A stretch of DNA of 64,000 nt from Octopus sinensis (GCF_006345805.1 NW_021836126.1:248001-312000); one strand, 5' to 3'; positions 20,904 through 34,800 are shown, counted from the stretch's first letter. Numbers and translations: made by a program. Notes: generated by a model from the sequence alone, not told the origin.

Positions 20904-23900
20904 GCTGGATTAAAATTATGATAATTAATTATTAGAGGCTTTTTTTACTAATTTGTATAAACAAAACCAACCAATTCAATTTATTCAGTTAACGTATACG
21001 TTGAATATTGTTATTTGTTTTAGGTTATACTAATAAATTTTTCGGGTAAATTTATCGTTAATTTTTAATAAAAACTTTGACACCTTAAAAGCACAGTCGT
21101 TCCAAGCTTCAAGGATACAATCTCTCCTTATGCTATTAAAAGTGTTGCGTAAATTGAGCTTCATGGCTGTGTGGAGGGAGTTGAGTGCTAAGTTAGAAGA
21201 AAGCGTGAACTGGGGCCTCGAAACCGTTTGTGATCCTCACCCCGAATTCGGAGCTGAGGCGGGGGCATACACTCCTCGCTGCCTATTTAGCAGTCAGAGG
21301 ACGGAAGTAGTTTTCAATTCCTATGGGATGGCTTTTTTCGGAATGCGAGTAAATGTGCCGAGAAGAGCATGTTCCTGCGAAGTGTGAGATCCAACCGCTC
21401 AGTATCCTGCCAACTAAAGCGGCTATAGCGGATATCAGGCTCTTGCCTCCCTCCTAGTCGAGGGACTTGTTCTGGGACGACTTGGAATTTGTTCAAAGTA
21501 AAGTAGAAACCAGCAGAACAACTTTACGAAAGAATACGAGTTGACATCGAGTTCATCAAAACACCCGCTGTTACTTTTACTCCACGAACAGTCTATCAAC
21601 TACTGTTCTGAAACTGAACAGACCGATTAGTCATAATGTAATAATGTGACTTAATACTCCAGTAGTACTCAAAGCCCAACATGATTCCTTGTCCTTTCCA
21701 TAGGAAAAAGCACATACGATTCAGATACACCACACCAACAAATGTAAGGCTATCAAAGTTATTAGGAAAATTGCTTTCAGACAACGTGGCGTCGTGAAAA
21801 CCACCAAAATGTTGGTTCCCAGTCTAATTCATATCTTTTTAACGAAATGTAAAGCTCTTGCAAGTGTTCCATCCCCAAATACCTCTGGAGTGACTTGATA
21901 AAACATGTTGCGGGGATTATGAGTTATAACAAACCTGTTTTATACCAGTCTTTAGACAGGATGAAATCTAAATGAATTTCTGTGATAAATTTCAAAATGA
22001 ATGAATCATTCCAAGCTTTCTTCATCGTCCATACAACAAAAATAAGAAGAGGAAGATGGAGCAGAAGAAACATATGACTTCGTTTAGATTAGTTAGTTCC
22101 TTGGTAACATGTTCTCTTTCTGTCTTAATCTTCTATAAAAAAAGTGTGGGCGGCCTGAGCTAGATATCAACATCTCGTTTACATCTTGCAGCAGTGGTAT
22201 TTACGATGATTGAGAGTCAAATAATCTAATTGAAATATCAAAATGTTCTTCGTAGACTTGATCACTTTCCTTTTGGTCAGATATTTCTGAGATCAAGTAA
22301 AGATGAACAGAAATTTTATTTTCTTAATCGTCGTAGGCATAAAATTCAAATTATATATAAAGTTAATTAGAGTACAATTTAATGATATACTAAAAGATGC
22401 TTTTAAATAAATAAATTAAATAATATTTTTAATACAACAAAACATTATGACTGCTACGGACATTAAAACATATTTTAAATATGTAACTGTCACTCGAACA
22501 AACTCAAAATTTTTAAGAAACTCAAAATATCCTATCCAAAAAATATTTTGATTTTGCCTTAATGTCCCATTGAACTTCAAATAATTCCATTTGATTGATT
22601 GAAAACTAAAAATATATTATTTCATCTCACATATAACGTTTATTTCATGTTTGAAGCTCAATCTTCATCTATATCTGCAATCACATTATTCAAAAATAAA
22701 ACCAATAGACAAGCATTCCCAAATGTCCCTTTTTATTAGGAGATCTATGGAAGAGAGGTTGTGGATAGACATGAAAAAGTCAATAGTATTATTTTTTGTT
22801 AATGGATAACTTGACATTTTAATTCTGATTCCAATCTAAAATTATTTTTTTATAAAAAAACTTAAAATTTCCGACTACCTTCTTTAAAAGAAAGAGGACC
22901 CTGAACTGCCAGCAGTGTCGAGAGAAAACTTGTCCGACCAACAGCAATTCCAACTTTAATCGAAAGCTGTTCAAAATTAATTTTAATAATACCAAAAAAC
23001 CCGCGCTGGACGAATCGAATGCACGAGTATCAAATAGGAGATAATTGCTGCATATCAGGATGTCCATATGTCGACTTGTTCTTAATCATAAAAAAATAAA
23101 AGTAACTATTTTATAAGTTATATTTAATCCAGTCTTATTGAGCATCCAATAGGGAGAATAAACATCCCACGTCACCAATCCTTCTCTAACCGTACAGGAC
23201 AGTCTGAGTGATTAAATTAGCAAATTAGCTGAATTTATTTCTCACAATCTTTCCACTCTGAGATCTGAATTCCAAATATTTAATGTTTGATTCAACAAAA
23301 TTCGCGACGGAGACACAACATTCCCAAACTTCAGTCAAATAATCAAAGAGCTGGCAAAAAGAATTAAAAATACCTTCAAAATAAAATATTACCGACCAAA
23401 TAGATATCAGACTGAGAATCGGAATCCACAAAAGTGTATGAATCATAACAAGACAAATATGCGATTCAATATGGCAGAAGATTACGGATTCTAAGAACAG
23501 GAAACAGTCCAATTGTTGTAGATACGTCTAAAACTCCAGTTTCGTCATTTAAGATGAAATTTTCATCCAAAAATGACTAAAACATGAAATTTCCCTAAAA
23601 ACCGAATATGTAAAAATAATGTTCGCATTCACGTCAGAACAGTCCACATTCTGACGACCCTTAAAATCATCTGATTTATTAATTTGAACGGATTTAGATG
23701 GAACAACTATTCTAAAACATCAAATAAAAAAATACTCTTTATGCAGAATAGGAGAACATAAAACCTTTCCATCACACATATTAAGAAAAGGAATAGAGAG
23801 ATATATAGACTTTCCCGCATAAACAATCATTTTCTCTGATCCTTCCAGATAGACACAAAAATCGAGTGAGTGATTATTGCAAATCTACGATTCAAAATGA

Positions 23901-24379
23901 TTAATATCACCTCCACAGTAGACCGTAAAATTATCCCCAATCCAAGCTGGAGTGTTACTACGTCGATCATAAGCTGGATTATTTGTCCCGTTTCAAAATT
24001 TTTTAGGTTAAGTACAGTCTTGTGTGCACCTCTCACCTTGATCACAAAACAATCTCCATGTTCTTTCAACTATCACATTATTTATAATTTTTGACTTTGA
24101 GTGTGAACATTTTTGATTTATATTCAGATTTCTTTGAAATTCAAGATATTTTTCTTTGGAAAGAAAATCGTTATTTCTGTTAAAAACTCTCAAATCATCA
24201 GTTCCCGGCATTATAACAGTCGATTTTTCTCCCGTCGATGTCATTAGAATTTCGTCAAATATAATTTTAACAGGAATTCCTCAATATTTTGAAAATACAA
24301 ATTCTGGTTTATTTTCGTGAGTTCCGAAACTAATGTTAATCAATTCTGATGAATCATCAAATTCCTAAAATATACAACA
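20904..24379. repeat. Duplicated ~3.5-kb segment, copy B; its right part is the continuation of VPS13
   Basis: Direct copy of 14932-18415; substitutions concentrated at ~21110-21560. Confidence 0.95.
22600..24379 (-). pseudogene. VPS13: VPS13 VAB region downstream of the Helitron insertion
   Basis: Same motifs as 16640-18415; joins 27129 across an interrupted 25-nt intron. Confidence 0.8.
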
Positions 24380-27128
24380 CTAGCTCGGCAGCTCGCTTCG
24401 CTCACCGCGACCTAGCTCCTGCGGAGGGCCTGTTTCATCAAACAACTATAAGTTTATGTAGATGTATAAAACTACCTGGTTTAATGTAACCCTATTCTAT
24501 CTATCGCCTGTTGATAAACGATGTTTGTCGTCCGTCCTTCCTTGGCATATATGAATAAATTTTTCTCTTCTGCCTACCCTCGAGCATCCCACATACAGCT
24601 GTCCATGTGAAAAGCACTCACTCTCTAAAAATAACCCAACTACCTTTAATGACTGTCCCTGGGCCTTGTTTATTGTCATTGCAACTTTTTTTTTCATTTT
24701 TTGTGGTTTATTTTTTTTTATATTAATTTTTTTTTTTCATTTTCTTTGTAATTTCTTTTTTTTTCTTTTTTTATTTTTTTTTTTTTACTGGCGGAAATGG
24801 GGCAGGGGGAGATGCGGCAGGCGGAAATGCGGCAGGCAAGAAAGCGACACACAAAAAGCGACACACAAAAAGATTAATTATTACCTTATTAAGCTGACCG
24901 TTTTTTCTTCAGCTTCGTTTTTCCTCCTTCGGTTATCTATTTAAAAATTATTTTTGAATAATAAAAAAGTTTAGGAAAAGGCATACCACCGAAAATAAAT
25001 TCTATCTTTACGAAAACTCAAGTAAATAGTTAATATTTTTACGCAAATTCTTCTGATTGCGCTGTCAATTGGTGGTAAATTGTGTTAATGGTTGTGCTAA
25101 TGTGGTTTCAACAACTATCAAAGTGTTTTTCAAAATCTGTTAATTGCACACTCTATTCAAGGTCGTGCGTCAATTGGTGGTAAATTGTGTTAATGATTGT
25201 GCTAATGTGGTTTCAACTATCAAAGTGGTTTTTCAAAATCTGTTAATTGCACACTCTATTCAAAGTCGTGCAATCTGTGATTGCACATTCTGTCAAAGTC
25301 AAATATGATAATAGCTTTAATTTTGATTCATGGTCGATAATGATATATGCATTTAATTTTAAAGAGAAAAACATAGGATGAATTGAATTTCTTTATCGCG
25401 AATAATTGGGAGTTCATCATTGTTAATATTCTCGCTGTCGTTTTCATCAAGGATATTCTTAATACGTGAGATTTTTGCCTTGAAGGTTTTAATGGACCTC
25501 ATCATGAATGTCGAGGACATTCGCGTTGTTCATTTTAATCAAAATGCAGAAAATAATTTTTTGATTTTTTGGGGGAAAGGTTTTAAGGACTTCATCATGT
25601 AAGTCGAGGACATTGTAGTTGTTCATTTTAACCAAAATGCAGAAATTTTTTTTTTAATTTTTTTTTGGGGGGGAAAGTTTAAGGACTTCATCATGTAAGT
25701 TGAGGACATTGTAGTTGTTCATTTTAACCAAATGCAGAAAATTTTTTTTTAATTTTTTTTGGGGGGAAGGTTTTAAGGACTTCATCATGTAAGTCGAGGA
25801 CATTGTAGTTGTTCATTTTAACCAAAATGCAGAAAATTTTTTTTTAATTTTTTTTGGGGGGAAGGTTTTAAGGACTTCATCATGTAAGTCGAGGACATTG
25901 TAGTTGTTCATTTTAACCAAATGCAGAAAATTTTTTTTAATTTTTTTGGGGGGAAGGTTTTAAGGACTTCATCATGTAAGTCGAGGACATTGTAGTTGTT
26001 CATTTAACCAAAACAAATGCAGAAATTTTTTTTTTAATTTTTTTTTGGGGGGAAGGTTTTAAGGACTTCATCATGTAAGTCGAGGACATTGTAGTTGTTC
26101 ATTTTAACCAAAATGCAGAAAAATTTTTTTTAATTTTTTTTGGGGGGAAGGTTTTAAGGACTTCATCATGTAAGTCGAGGACATTGTAGTTGTTCATTTT
26201 ACCAAAATGCAGAAAATTTTTTTTAATTTTTTTTGGGGGGGAAGGTTTTAAGGACTTCATCATGTAAGTCGAGGACATTGTAGTTGTTCATTTTAGCCAA
26301 AATGCAGAAAATTTTTTTTTAATTTTTTTGGGGGGGAAGGTTTTAAGGACTTCATCATGTAAGTCGAGGACATTGTAGTTGTTCATTTTAACCAAAATGC
26401 AGAAATTTTTTTTTAAATTTTTTTTGGGGGAAGGTTTTAAGGACTTCATCATGTAAGTCGAGAGGACATTGTAGTTGTTCATTTTAGCCAAATGCAGAAA
26501 ATTTTTTTTAATTTTTTTTGGGGGGAAGGTTTTAAGGACTTCATCATGTAAGTCGAGGACATTGTAGTTGTTCATTTTAACCAAAATGCAGAAAATTTTT
26601 TTTTTTAATTTTTTTTTTGGGGGGAAGGTTTTAAGGACTTCATCATGTAAGTCGAGGACATTGTAGTTGTTCATTTTAGCCAAAATGCAGAAAATTTTTT
26701 TTTAATTTTTTTGGGGGGGAATTTTTAAGGACTTCATCATGTAAGTCGAGGACATTGTAGTTGTTCATTTTAACCAAAATGCAGAAAATTTTTTTTTTTT
26801 AATTTTTTGGGGGGAAGGTTTTAAGGACCTCATCATGTAAGTCGAGGACATTGTAGTTGTTCATTTTAACCAAAATGCAGAAAATTTTTTTTTAATTTTT
26901 TTGGGGGGGGAAGGTTTAAGGACCTCATCATGTAAGTCGAGGACATCGTAGTTGTTCATTTGACCAAAACGCAGAAAAATTTTTTTTAATTTTTTTTTTT
27001 TTTGGGGGAAGGTTTTAAGGACCTCATCATGTAAGTCGAGGACATCGTATTGCCAATTTGAAGTTGGTGTGCACACCAGACAGACAGACACACAGACAGA
27101 CACACACCATACCATTTTATTATTAAGA
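24380..27128 (-). mobile_element. Non-autonomous Helitron copy 3, both termini intact
   Basis: Minus strand A|TCTTAATAATAAAATGG..(TGTC)n ... CTAG|T, no TSD; 2 x 102-bp repeat (25064-25271); satellite of 16+1 units (25482-27049); helicase remnant in ORF 24497..24697. Confidence 0.9.
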
Positions 27129-30100
27129 TAAAACAAACATTAGTCAGACTTCTTAGAAGATCGATTAAATGTGTGGTAACTGTAAATTCAAGACAGTCAT
27201 TCGACGAAAGATTCACTAAAATTTCTTTTGGTTCACATAACTAATTTTCGCCTAATTAATCAAAGTATAAATAAAACAAACTTCAACTGAAGCAGTCCAT
27301 GGTTTAAACAACTCCCCTGCTTCCAGAGGTTCTAAATCGGTTCCAGCATAGAAATTGTTTATTGTAATATCCAATACTTAACTTTAAATCATTTTTAAGA
27401 CACTGTTTTCACAAACTTTATTTGACAAATTTTCCTCCCCCTTCGCGTGGAGAGAACTTTCAATTAAAACCAAAGGCATTGCAGTTGGACAAAACCCAGA
27501 ATAGAAAAATATTGACATCGACAAAATCGCAAATTCAAACTTAAAATAAAATTAGTTGAAAAACACTTTTTTAGTCTTAGATGAAAGTATCGGACAAATC
27601 GAATCCTCACTGCTCCCAACATTAAAATTTTTGTTTAAAAAAGGAAAATCAGATTCAATAATATTCCTTTCGTGTAATAAAAGATTCAAATCTTTTTCAC
27701 GTTTTTCCGTTATTACCTAAATTTAGCTCACTCGGAAATTACACCTCAGGGGAAAACAAAGAACTCAAAGCTATAGACAGACTTGCAATTATCGCAGGGG
27801 ACCAGTGAACATAAACCTCAGGTATTGTCACCAATAGTATCTCATCCGATAAATCAACTGAATAAAACACACGATAAAAAACACGTAATCAAAGACGTTC
27901 CAGAATCTAACACATTTATGATAAAATAAACATATGATCCGCATTTAAGTTTTAAATCTTCGATCAAATTTGGAAGCATATATTATCAAATCACCAAACT
28001 CTATTTTTAGAGTTGTCTGGTCTGAATTAGCAGCAATATAATACATTTTAAAATAACACTAAAAATTTGAAATCAATATTAACCTGTAAGACAAAAGCAC
28101 GAGAATCGAGAACAGATGCATTCTCGACTAAAACAAAATCAGCGCGAGCAGCAGTCTTGAGAATAACACATTTCTGTGACTTTCTGACATCTAATATTAA
28201 AATAAATCTCCAATATACATTTTTGTCACTGCTTTGTGTGTGTAGCCTCTTTCTTCTTTCCCGAGTCATCTTGTTCAAAAATACTCAAAAGACGCAAAAT
28301 GAATTCCAAATTTAAAATAAGAAGATATCACAAATTTCATTTCAACATTTACTTTATAAAATAGGAAATTAAATACTAAACAAAAAATTTGGTTTGAATT
28401 AATCAAGCAGTGAATTTTCACGAGCTTATCAATCGAGTTTGGATTGATTTTTCGACTAAAAAATCTAAACGAATTAAGTCAACAAAAAAAAATATTGAAT
28501 TTAAAAAAAGTAAAAAAACCTGTTTATTTATTTTATCATGTCTACTTGTCTGGTGTCCCAGAATAGTCAAATCAACTCAATATTAGAAACTTCTAAGATG
28601 GCGAATAAACTAATATATGCCCTCACTGGATTAAACTCAATATTTTGATCTATTTAGACATTAAAAAAATATCTACAATTTGTGTACTTTCCAGTGAATC
28701 TCCGAAAAAGTTGAAACACCATCCAATATTTCAGTAAAAAAGGTATAATCATCAAAATTTAGTTCAATTTTAAAAATAATATTCAAATGGAAAACTTTAA
28801 TCGACTGAAGATCCGCATTTACCTCAATTTGAGGACAATTCGAAACACACAAATTATTGAGAAGCCTTTTAATTGACAAATTTGTAGTTATGGGAAGAAC
28901 AAGCATATAGTTCTGGTGAGTTTCACTTTTAATACTCCTACGATTCGTAGAGTAGAAATAATTGATAACCTGGAAATGGATAAGTCAGTAAGAAAAAATT
29001 TTAATATTTCAGCCAAAGGACTTTTTTCAAAACTATTAATATTCTTAATCTCCCAAAATCGAGAATGAGAGCTTAACCAAGCTTGACAGGATGGGGATAA
29101 TGATCTCCGGAGCGTCGAGTCAATCTAAAATTCATCATAAAACAAAACATTTAAGTAAATGAGTTAGACTGTTCACAGGTGACCATTTCTGTAGTGCGTT
29201 CGGCAAGTGACGTCAACTTTGAATCAAATGAAGACCTGATGTATTCGTAGTTGTTAAAAAATTGGATAATTTCCATAAAGACGGGAGGATAGTACACAAT
29301 ATAGAGTTTTGAAATGTTGGATGTCACTTCAATGTCAGGAAACGTTTCGTCGTGTGTTCGGCAAGTCCAAAAAACAAAATTTGCATAAAAAACTAGCTCA
29401 TTCTCCACATTGGCAATAATGTGGCGATAAGGTCCAGGAGATTTACTCTTTTGCGACATAAAATATTATTTCTGTTAAAAACTCTCAAATCATCAGTTCC
29501 CAGAGAAAATGTCATTTCTGTTCTACCTTTTGTAAATTCTACGATGGAGTACATTCCGCGGACATTAAAATCTATTCCTTCAGAGTTCACAGTCTTCAAT
29601 GTCATCATTATCTCCTGGATGTCCGCCACAATAACCAGATCCACACCATAAGGTGCTTTTGACAACTTTTCTACGTTTTTGTCATCTTGAGCTAAAAAAA
29701 TATTATCAAAAATAAAAACGTGTTTCTTCTTTGGGAAATTCGCAATAAATACTTGATAGATGCTCACAATTTCAGCAATTGAAGAATCGACCATAAAACA
29801 GTCTAAAGTCGAAATATCAAACGTCGCACGTCTTGTACAATTCTGACCGTCTAGAACCCCACAATTCTAAAAATAAATAAATGTGCAATAACCGTGGATT
29901 GATAAGAAATTCTAAACGACCGGACAGATTCTTTCTTATTGCTGGCGATGTTATAATTTGAGTTTGTTTATTTCCTAAACTAAAATTAAAAGTTAAAACC
30001 CGAAAAATGAACGAGTCCAATAGACTTTAATTGAAAATTTATTTCATAATCTATTGTACGAGTTGATAACGCGAGAATTAACCTCACAAGTCCAAAAAGC

Positions 30101-32993
30101 GACATCCTTAGAAAGTCGCAATTAAGCTTAAAGTCATTAAAAAGTTTAAATACTGAATTTATTCAAACGTAGTAGCTGAAAACAGATAATCGTTTCTCCA
30201 CGAGATTTTCTACTAAGTAAGCACACATGGCAATACCTTGAGAGACATGCACGAAACATATCATCATAAACCATTTTATCGGCGTGGACACTTCCCCCAA
30301 TTTCCTGTGAATATTCAAAATCTAAGATTAGTGATTTCTAAAAACATTGTAGAATCTGTGAATGTGTGTGGAAGTGGAAATTCACAAAATTATTGACCAA
30401 CTGTTTAATTTGTTGATCGCTTACATTTACGTGAAGATCAGGCAAATTCGCAGCAATGGACAATCTATCAGAATTACGTGACGTTAAAACCGTGGAGTAT
30501 CAAGACAGGGGACCGTACAGTGTCTTAGACATAGAGAGACATTGATAGGTCTCAGAATATGAAATTCAGAATTTTTTAAAATGCGGGCAGTCTGTTAATC
30601 ACTTTCTATTGTAGAACGAACAAACCTAACCTTTGTGAGCATATAATATTTGTATCCCTTCAAGCGACAAAATATACTTGTTGATTGGACCACAACAAAT
30701 CTCGTGGTCAGAAGTAATCCTCAAATACTCGAGATCCACAATAAGTGCACGAGATCCCCTTACGTCATAAACAATATGTACTCTCCCAAATTTCGTTATC
30801 CGGGATTATAATATGGAGAGATTCAGTTCAACGTTGAGATCCATTCGGTCTTTACTATCGGCAAGCTTGTGAGTGTGGTCGCTGAAATGTCCTTCAGTTC
30901 TTCTAGTTTCTCGTACGCCATAGTTTTGAATCTAAAATATCCAAATTCAACAACTCTTGGAAAGCTACGGACTTTGGGGGTATAAAAAAGTTATAAATTT
31001 TGTTGATGGATTCCTAAAATCATAAATTTAGACTTACGTAATCATATGCCATGGACATTGGACTTGAGAACACATTACAAATGCTGTCAAATGGTTGGTT
31101 AATTGGGTTTTTTTACAAATTGGAGGTCCAGTACAGGCAAATTTTGTTTTGTGTTTGTAGATTCTTTGCACAACAAAATTCTCTCACGTACCGCATTTGT
31201 TTTGCCGCAAACAAACAAATCCTCCAACGAAATGTCAATTCTGAATCCGTCTGAAATAGCCTCGTAAGTCAACATTAGTTTTTTGCTTCTAAACACTGCC
31301 AGCGATCTGCTAAACATTATTTTAGTAGTAAAACATCAGTTGATTGTCAAACAGAGATAAAGTCACATTTAAATATCACATACTTACAAAATTAACTAAA
31401 ATAATACAGAATCTGGATATTTTGACATTTCTCCGACATATCCAATAGCCTTACATAACTTTGTCTTCTCTTCGGCGGTAATTTCTCTCGACTCGGCAGA
31501 TTCAAGTTTGGTATCAAACCAACTAGTAATTTTACCCCAAGTGGTTTTAGAGTTATTTGCTTATCCGACAAACTTTACAGTCACTTTGAAAGAAGCCAAC
31601 TTTCGTGCAAGAAAAATATTAAAGACGTCCAAATCCCGTTCCCCTTTCTGCCAATTTTAAATAAAAATCAACATTTATATCCGTCATGTGACGGTTGAGG
31701 GATTATTCGATTTGATTAATTTATGAAAAATATGCTTCCGAATATTACTTAAACAACCGTCTATGTGCATCATCTGAGCTATTTCTCATCTTTCTGTGAG
31801 ATTGGGTGTCCATTACACATTTTATAGCATATTGCAACCTAAAAAGAATCAAAATTATAATGGTACATATGTCTCCAATTCGTGTGCAAATCCATGCCAT
31901 TTCTGAATTTTCTAACTTGGTCCTTCTTTGGGACAGAATTATGGAATCACAAAACCCCCATGATATCCAAAATACTGCAAAACTATATTTATAAGCAAAA
32001 CCTGCGTGTTTATAAGATTGATTTCAACTTCGTCAACACGGACATCGGCATATACCTTTGGCTGCTGGTACTCGGTCAGATCAGGCCGAGAGTCTATTCT
32101 AATCATACAAACAGCATGGATCGGACGTATGACTAAGTTAAATACTCAAAATACTATATGAATTCTCGTTTATTTCTTTAACTTTATTTGTTTGATTAAA
32201 ATAAAAACCAATCGAATCAACTTTAAACAACTAATCAAATAAATGTTCAATTCAAACCTTATTGAAGATAAAATTGCTGTCAGAACAGGGTGCCTCGTGC
32301 CACTCTGAGTCAGTAGTCTACCCAATATTATATATTTATGGACCTAAGGGTTGCACTCTTCAGAGTCAGTCCAGAAACGAAGGGCATTTCAATTCATGTC
32401 TTCAAAGCGAATATGTACACGATTTATGACAATTTCCAAATTTTTGAGAATTCTTATAGTCAACATTTGTAAAAATGTCGTGTTTTTGTGTCCTCAGTTT
32501 CTGTGTTTTCAGTGACTCTAACGAGGCCAGATCAGTCAATTCTTGGCAATTTTAAGTCTAATTTCCTCTTGTGGATCCAAAATGACTTGCTTCCATTCTA
32601 AAATTTATAAATTAAAAAGTTGGACTGTCCAAAGGAGATGTGCATAACAACAAATCGTCCAAAACGACTTCAATCGGGACGAAATAAGTTTTCCCAAGGG
32701 ATTTTAAGCAAAAGGCGTTCTATTGTGAATAAATGAATTATTTCTAAACCAATACTGCCATGTAGTAAGACAAATGGCAGGTCTAGTTGATTATAGCAAA
32801 AAATTAACAAAAAAGTAGTATACGAAGGCAGATGCTTTAAGTTTTAAGTTTGTTAAATGAATATTTCCTATTTATATTGAATTTGAAGTTCACCTTGCCA
32901 TATGTTTACTTTTAGTTGAGATTTATCGAGATTTTCAAAGTATTGACGAGAAATGAATTACAGAATTTCCACCGCAACAGATTCGAATACCAT
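27129..32993 (-). pseudogene. VPS13: VPS13 5' half (Chorein_N plus RBG repeats), disrupted
   Basis: ATG at 32991-32993: MVFESVAVEIL*..FENLDKSQLKVNIWQ-GNIHLTNLKLK..LKIPWENL; ILKNLEIVINRVHIRFED; 26- and 30-nt introns; in-frame stops. Confidence 0.85.
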
Positions 32994-33779
32994 TTAAAAA
33001 ATTTTATCTTTGATGTTAATTTATAATAAATTCAATTGAAGGAATAAAAATAAATAAATAAAAATAAATATATATATATTTTGTATAAAATAACAGGTCA
33101 GACTATTATTTTTTATAAAAATTATTGAGACTTGTAAATTTTTTAAGTATAATCAAAAAAAATTTAATTATAATGATCAAATATATCTTTTTATTTGTGA
33201 AATTGATCTTGATGGTCAGCATAAATTTAAAATAAATGTTCAAAATGGAGCGAAAAAATTATCTTTACGTTTTTGTCTTGTGGGTTTTTCATTAATACTA
33301 ATCATACAAATTCTAGTCATAAAATGTCTTCAACGAACAAATCACAACTTTGAAAACATCTATTAATGGGGATGAAATCGTTATCCATAAAAATAATGTT
33401 TAGTTCTTTGGCTACCACGACATTGACTTGCTTGAAAACTACGGAATCGTTATTTTGTTATAAACATCGAACGTCGCCGACATCAAAAAAATCAAATCAG
33501 CAGGAATATGCACGAATTAGAGTTTATATAGCAAGAAATAATTAAGGGAATCCAAATGACCACAACCAAGAAACTCCTCGGAATTAAAGGTAATTCCGAC
33601 ACCAAAGTTGAAAAAAATCAAAGAAAGCGCTCGTTAAAATATAACGTAGACTGATAATCCCACTTTATTAGGAAAGCACGTTTATAAGGCCTCTGAATTT
33701 TCAATGAGAAGAGAACAGTGTTTCAGAGTACAAACAGGAAGCACTGAATTAGAGTAAGTTGAATATTGTTAGAAAAAAG

Positions 33780-34800
33780 TTCAATTTTGGGTGGAGGAAT
33801 CGCGAAAGTATGGCAATCACTGAGTTCTTTGGGGAATCTCTCCACTAACTCCCTAATGAAGGGATCACCACTACACGACCAATATTGGTAGATGTGCGAT
33901 ATCAGTTCTCCCCCTTCTTGTCTAGTGGAGTCAGACACACTCCCCACCCAGACAACTCTCACTGATCATTCCCAGTGCTTTCAAAGTCTTTTTCATATCG
34001 TAAAAGGACACCTCAATTCGAGTCAAAATAATAATTCACAAGCTCTTGTTTGAGGGAGTATTGGAATGCCTACGTAACTAAGCCAGACAAATAACCTTCA
34101 GAACTAAGTATGGAGTGTCTGATTCCTCTCGATTGCTTGACATTGCCTGCACTTTGCCAAACAGCCAGCCAATTTCCCTCAGTCGGGAGGCCCGGTCTGC
34201 CAATGGCTGTGACAACTACACCTAATTTAACCCAAATTCCTTCTCTGCAGAGCTGTACCCCAACTCAATGTCCTGGATTAGGTTTAAAACGTCGCTGATT
34301 ACAAAATCTTGTTCCTTACTTTTCGACCACTAAATGATCATTTCCACACAACTGCTAGTTTTGGAAACAATTTGTCGTCCAACCGGGAGAATCCTGTTTC
34401 CCGAGACAGAATGTTGTGAGTTTCGGAGTGACAGTGTGTGTCTGTGGGAAGGGAAACCACATTTTTTGACAAAGTGATAAATAAAGGCGACAAATCTTCC
34501 CGAATCATTCCTCGATTGGCGAATTCGTCTCAATAGTTCAAAGAGTAGAGTGATTTGCCGTCCTGGTCAAAAAATAGCCATCACTGCATCTCGAATAATC
34601 GGCAAAATTTCAGGCTACAGTCTGAAATCCATTTTCTCCAAATATCCCGTACTCCTCACTCACTTGACCTGTAGTTAACGTCCAATGTCGACGAAAAGAT
34701 GAAACGGTCTCCTACTGTCTCAATTTGTTGGAACAAGCACAATTTCTCTACACAACTCCCCGTTCTAAAGGTGAATGTGTCTATAATATCCCAGTTACTG
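33780..34800 (-). other. Decayed EVE: N-terminal part of a Mononegavirales (rhabdovirus-like) L polymerase
   Basis: Intronless, GC-elevated. ELISHIYQYWSCSGDPFI (motif 33855-33893) resembles L xIYGxFRHWGHPFI as recalled. Upstream DFVISDVLNLIQDIELG and LREIG..SAGN..VIC occur in the expected order. Several stops and frameshifts. Confidence 0.55.

Noticed and set aside
13889-27049. CRISPR-like appearance of the ~94-bp arrays
   Set aside because: There are no unique spacers (only T/G run-length variation) and no cas genes, and the context is eukaryotic; it is a tandem satellite inside a Helitron.
26288-27136. Repetitive ORFs (KMNNYNVLDLHDEVLKTFPPKK..)
   Set aside because: These are chance in-frame translations of satellite units; the frame is not kept in the other two arrays.
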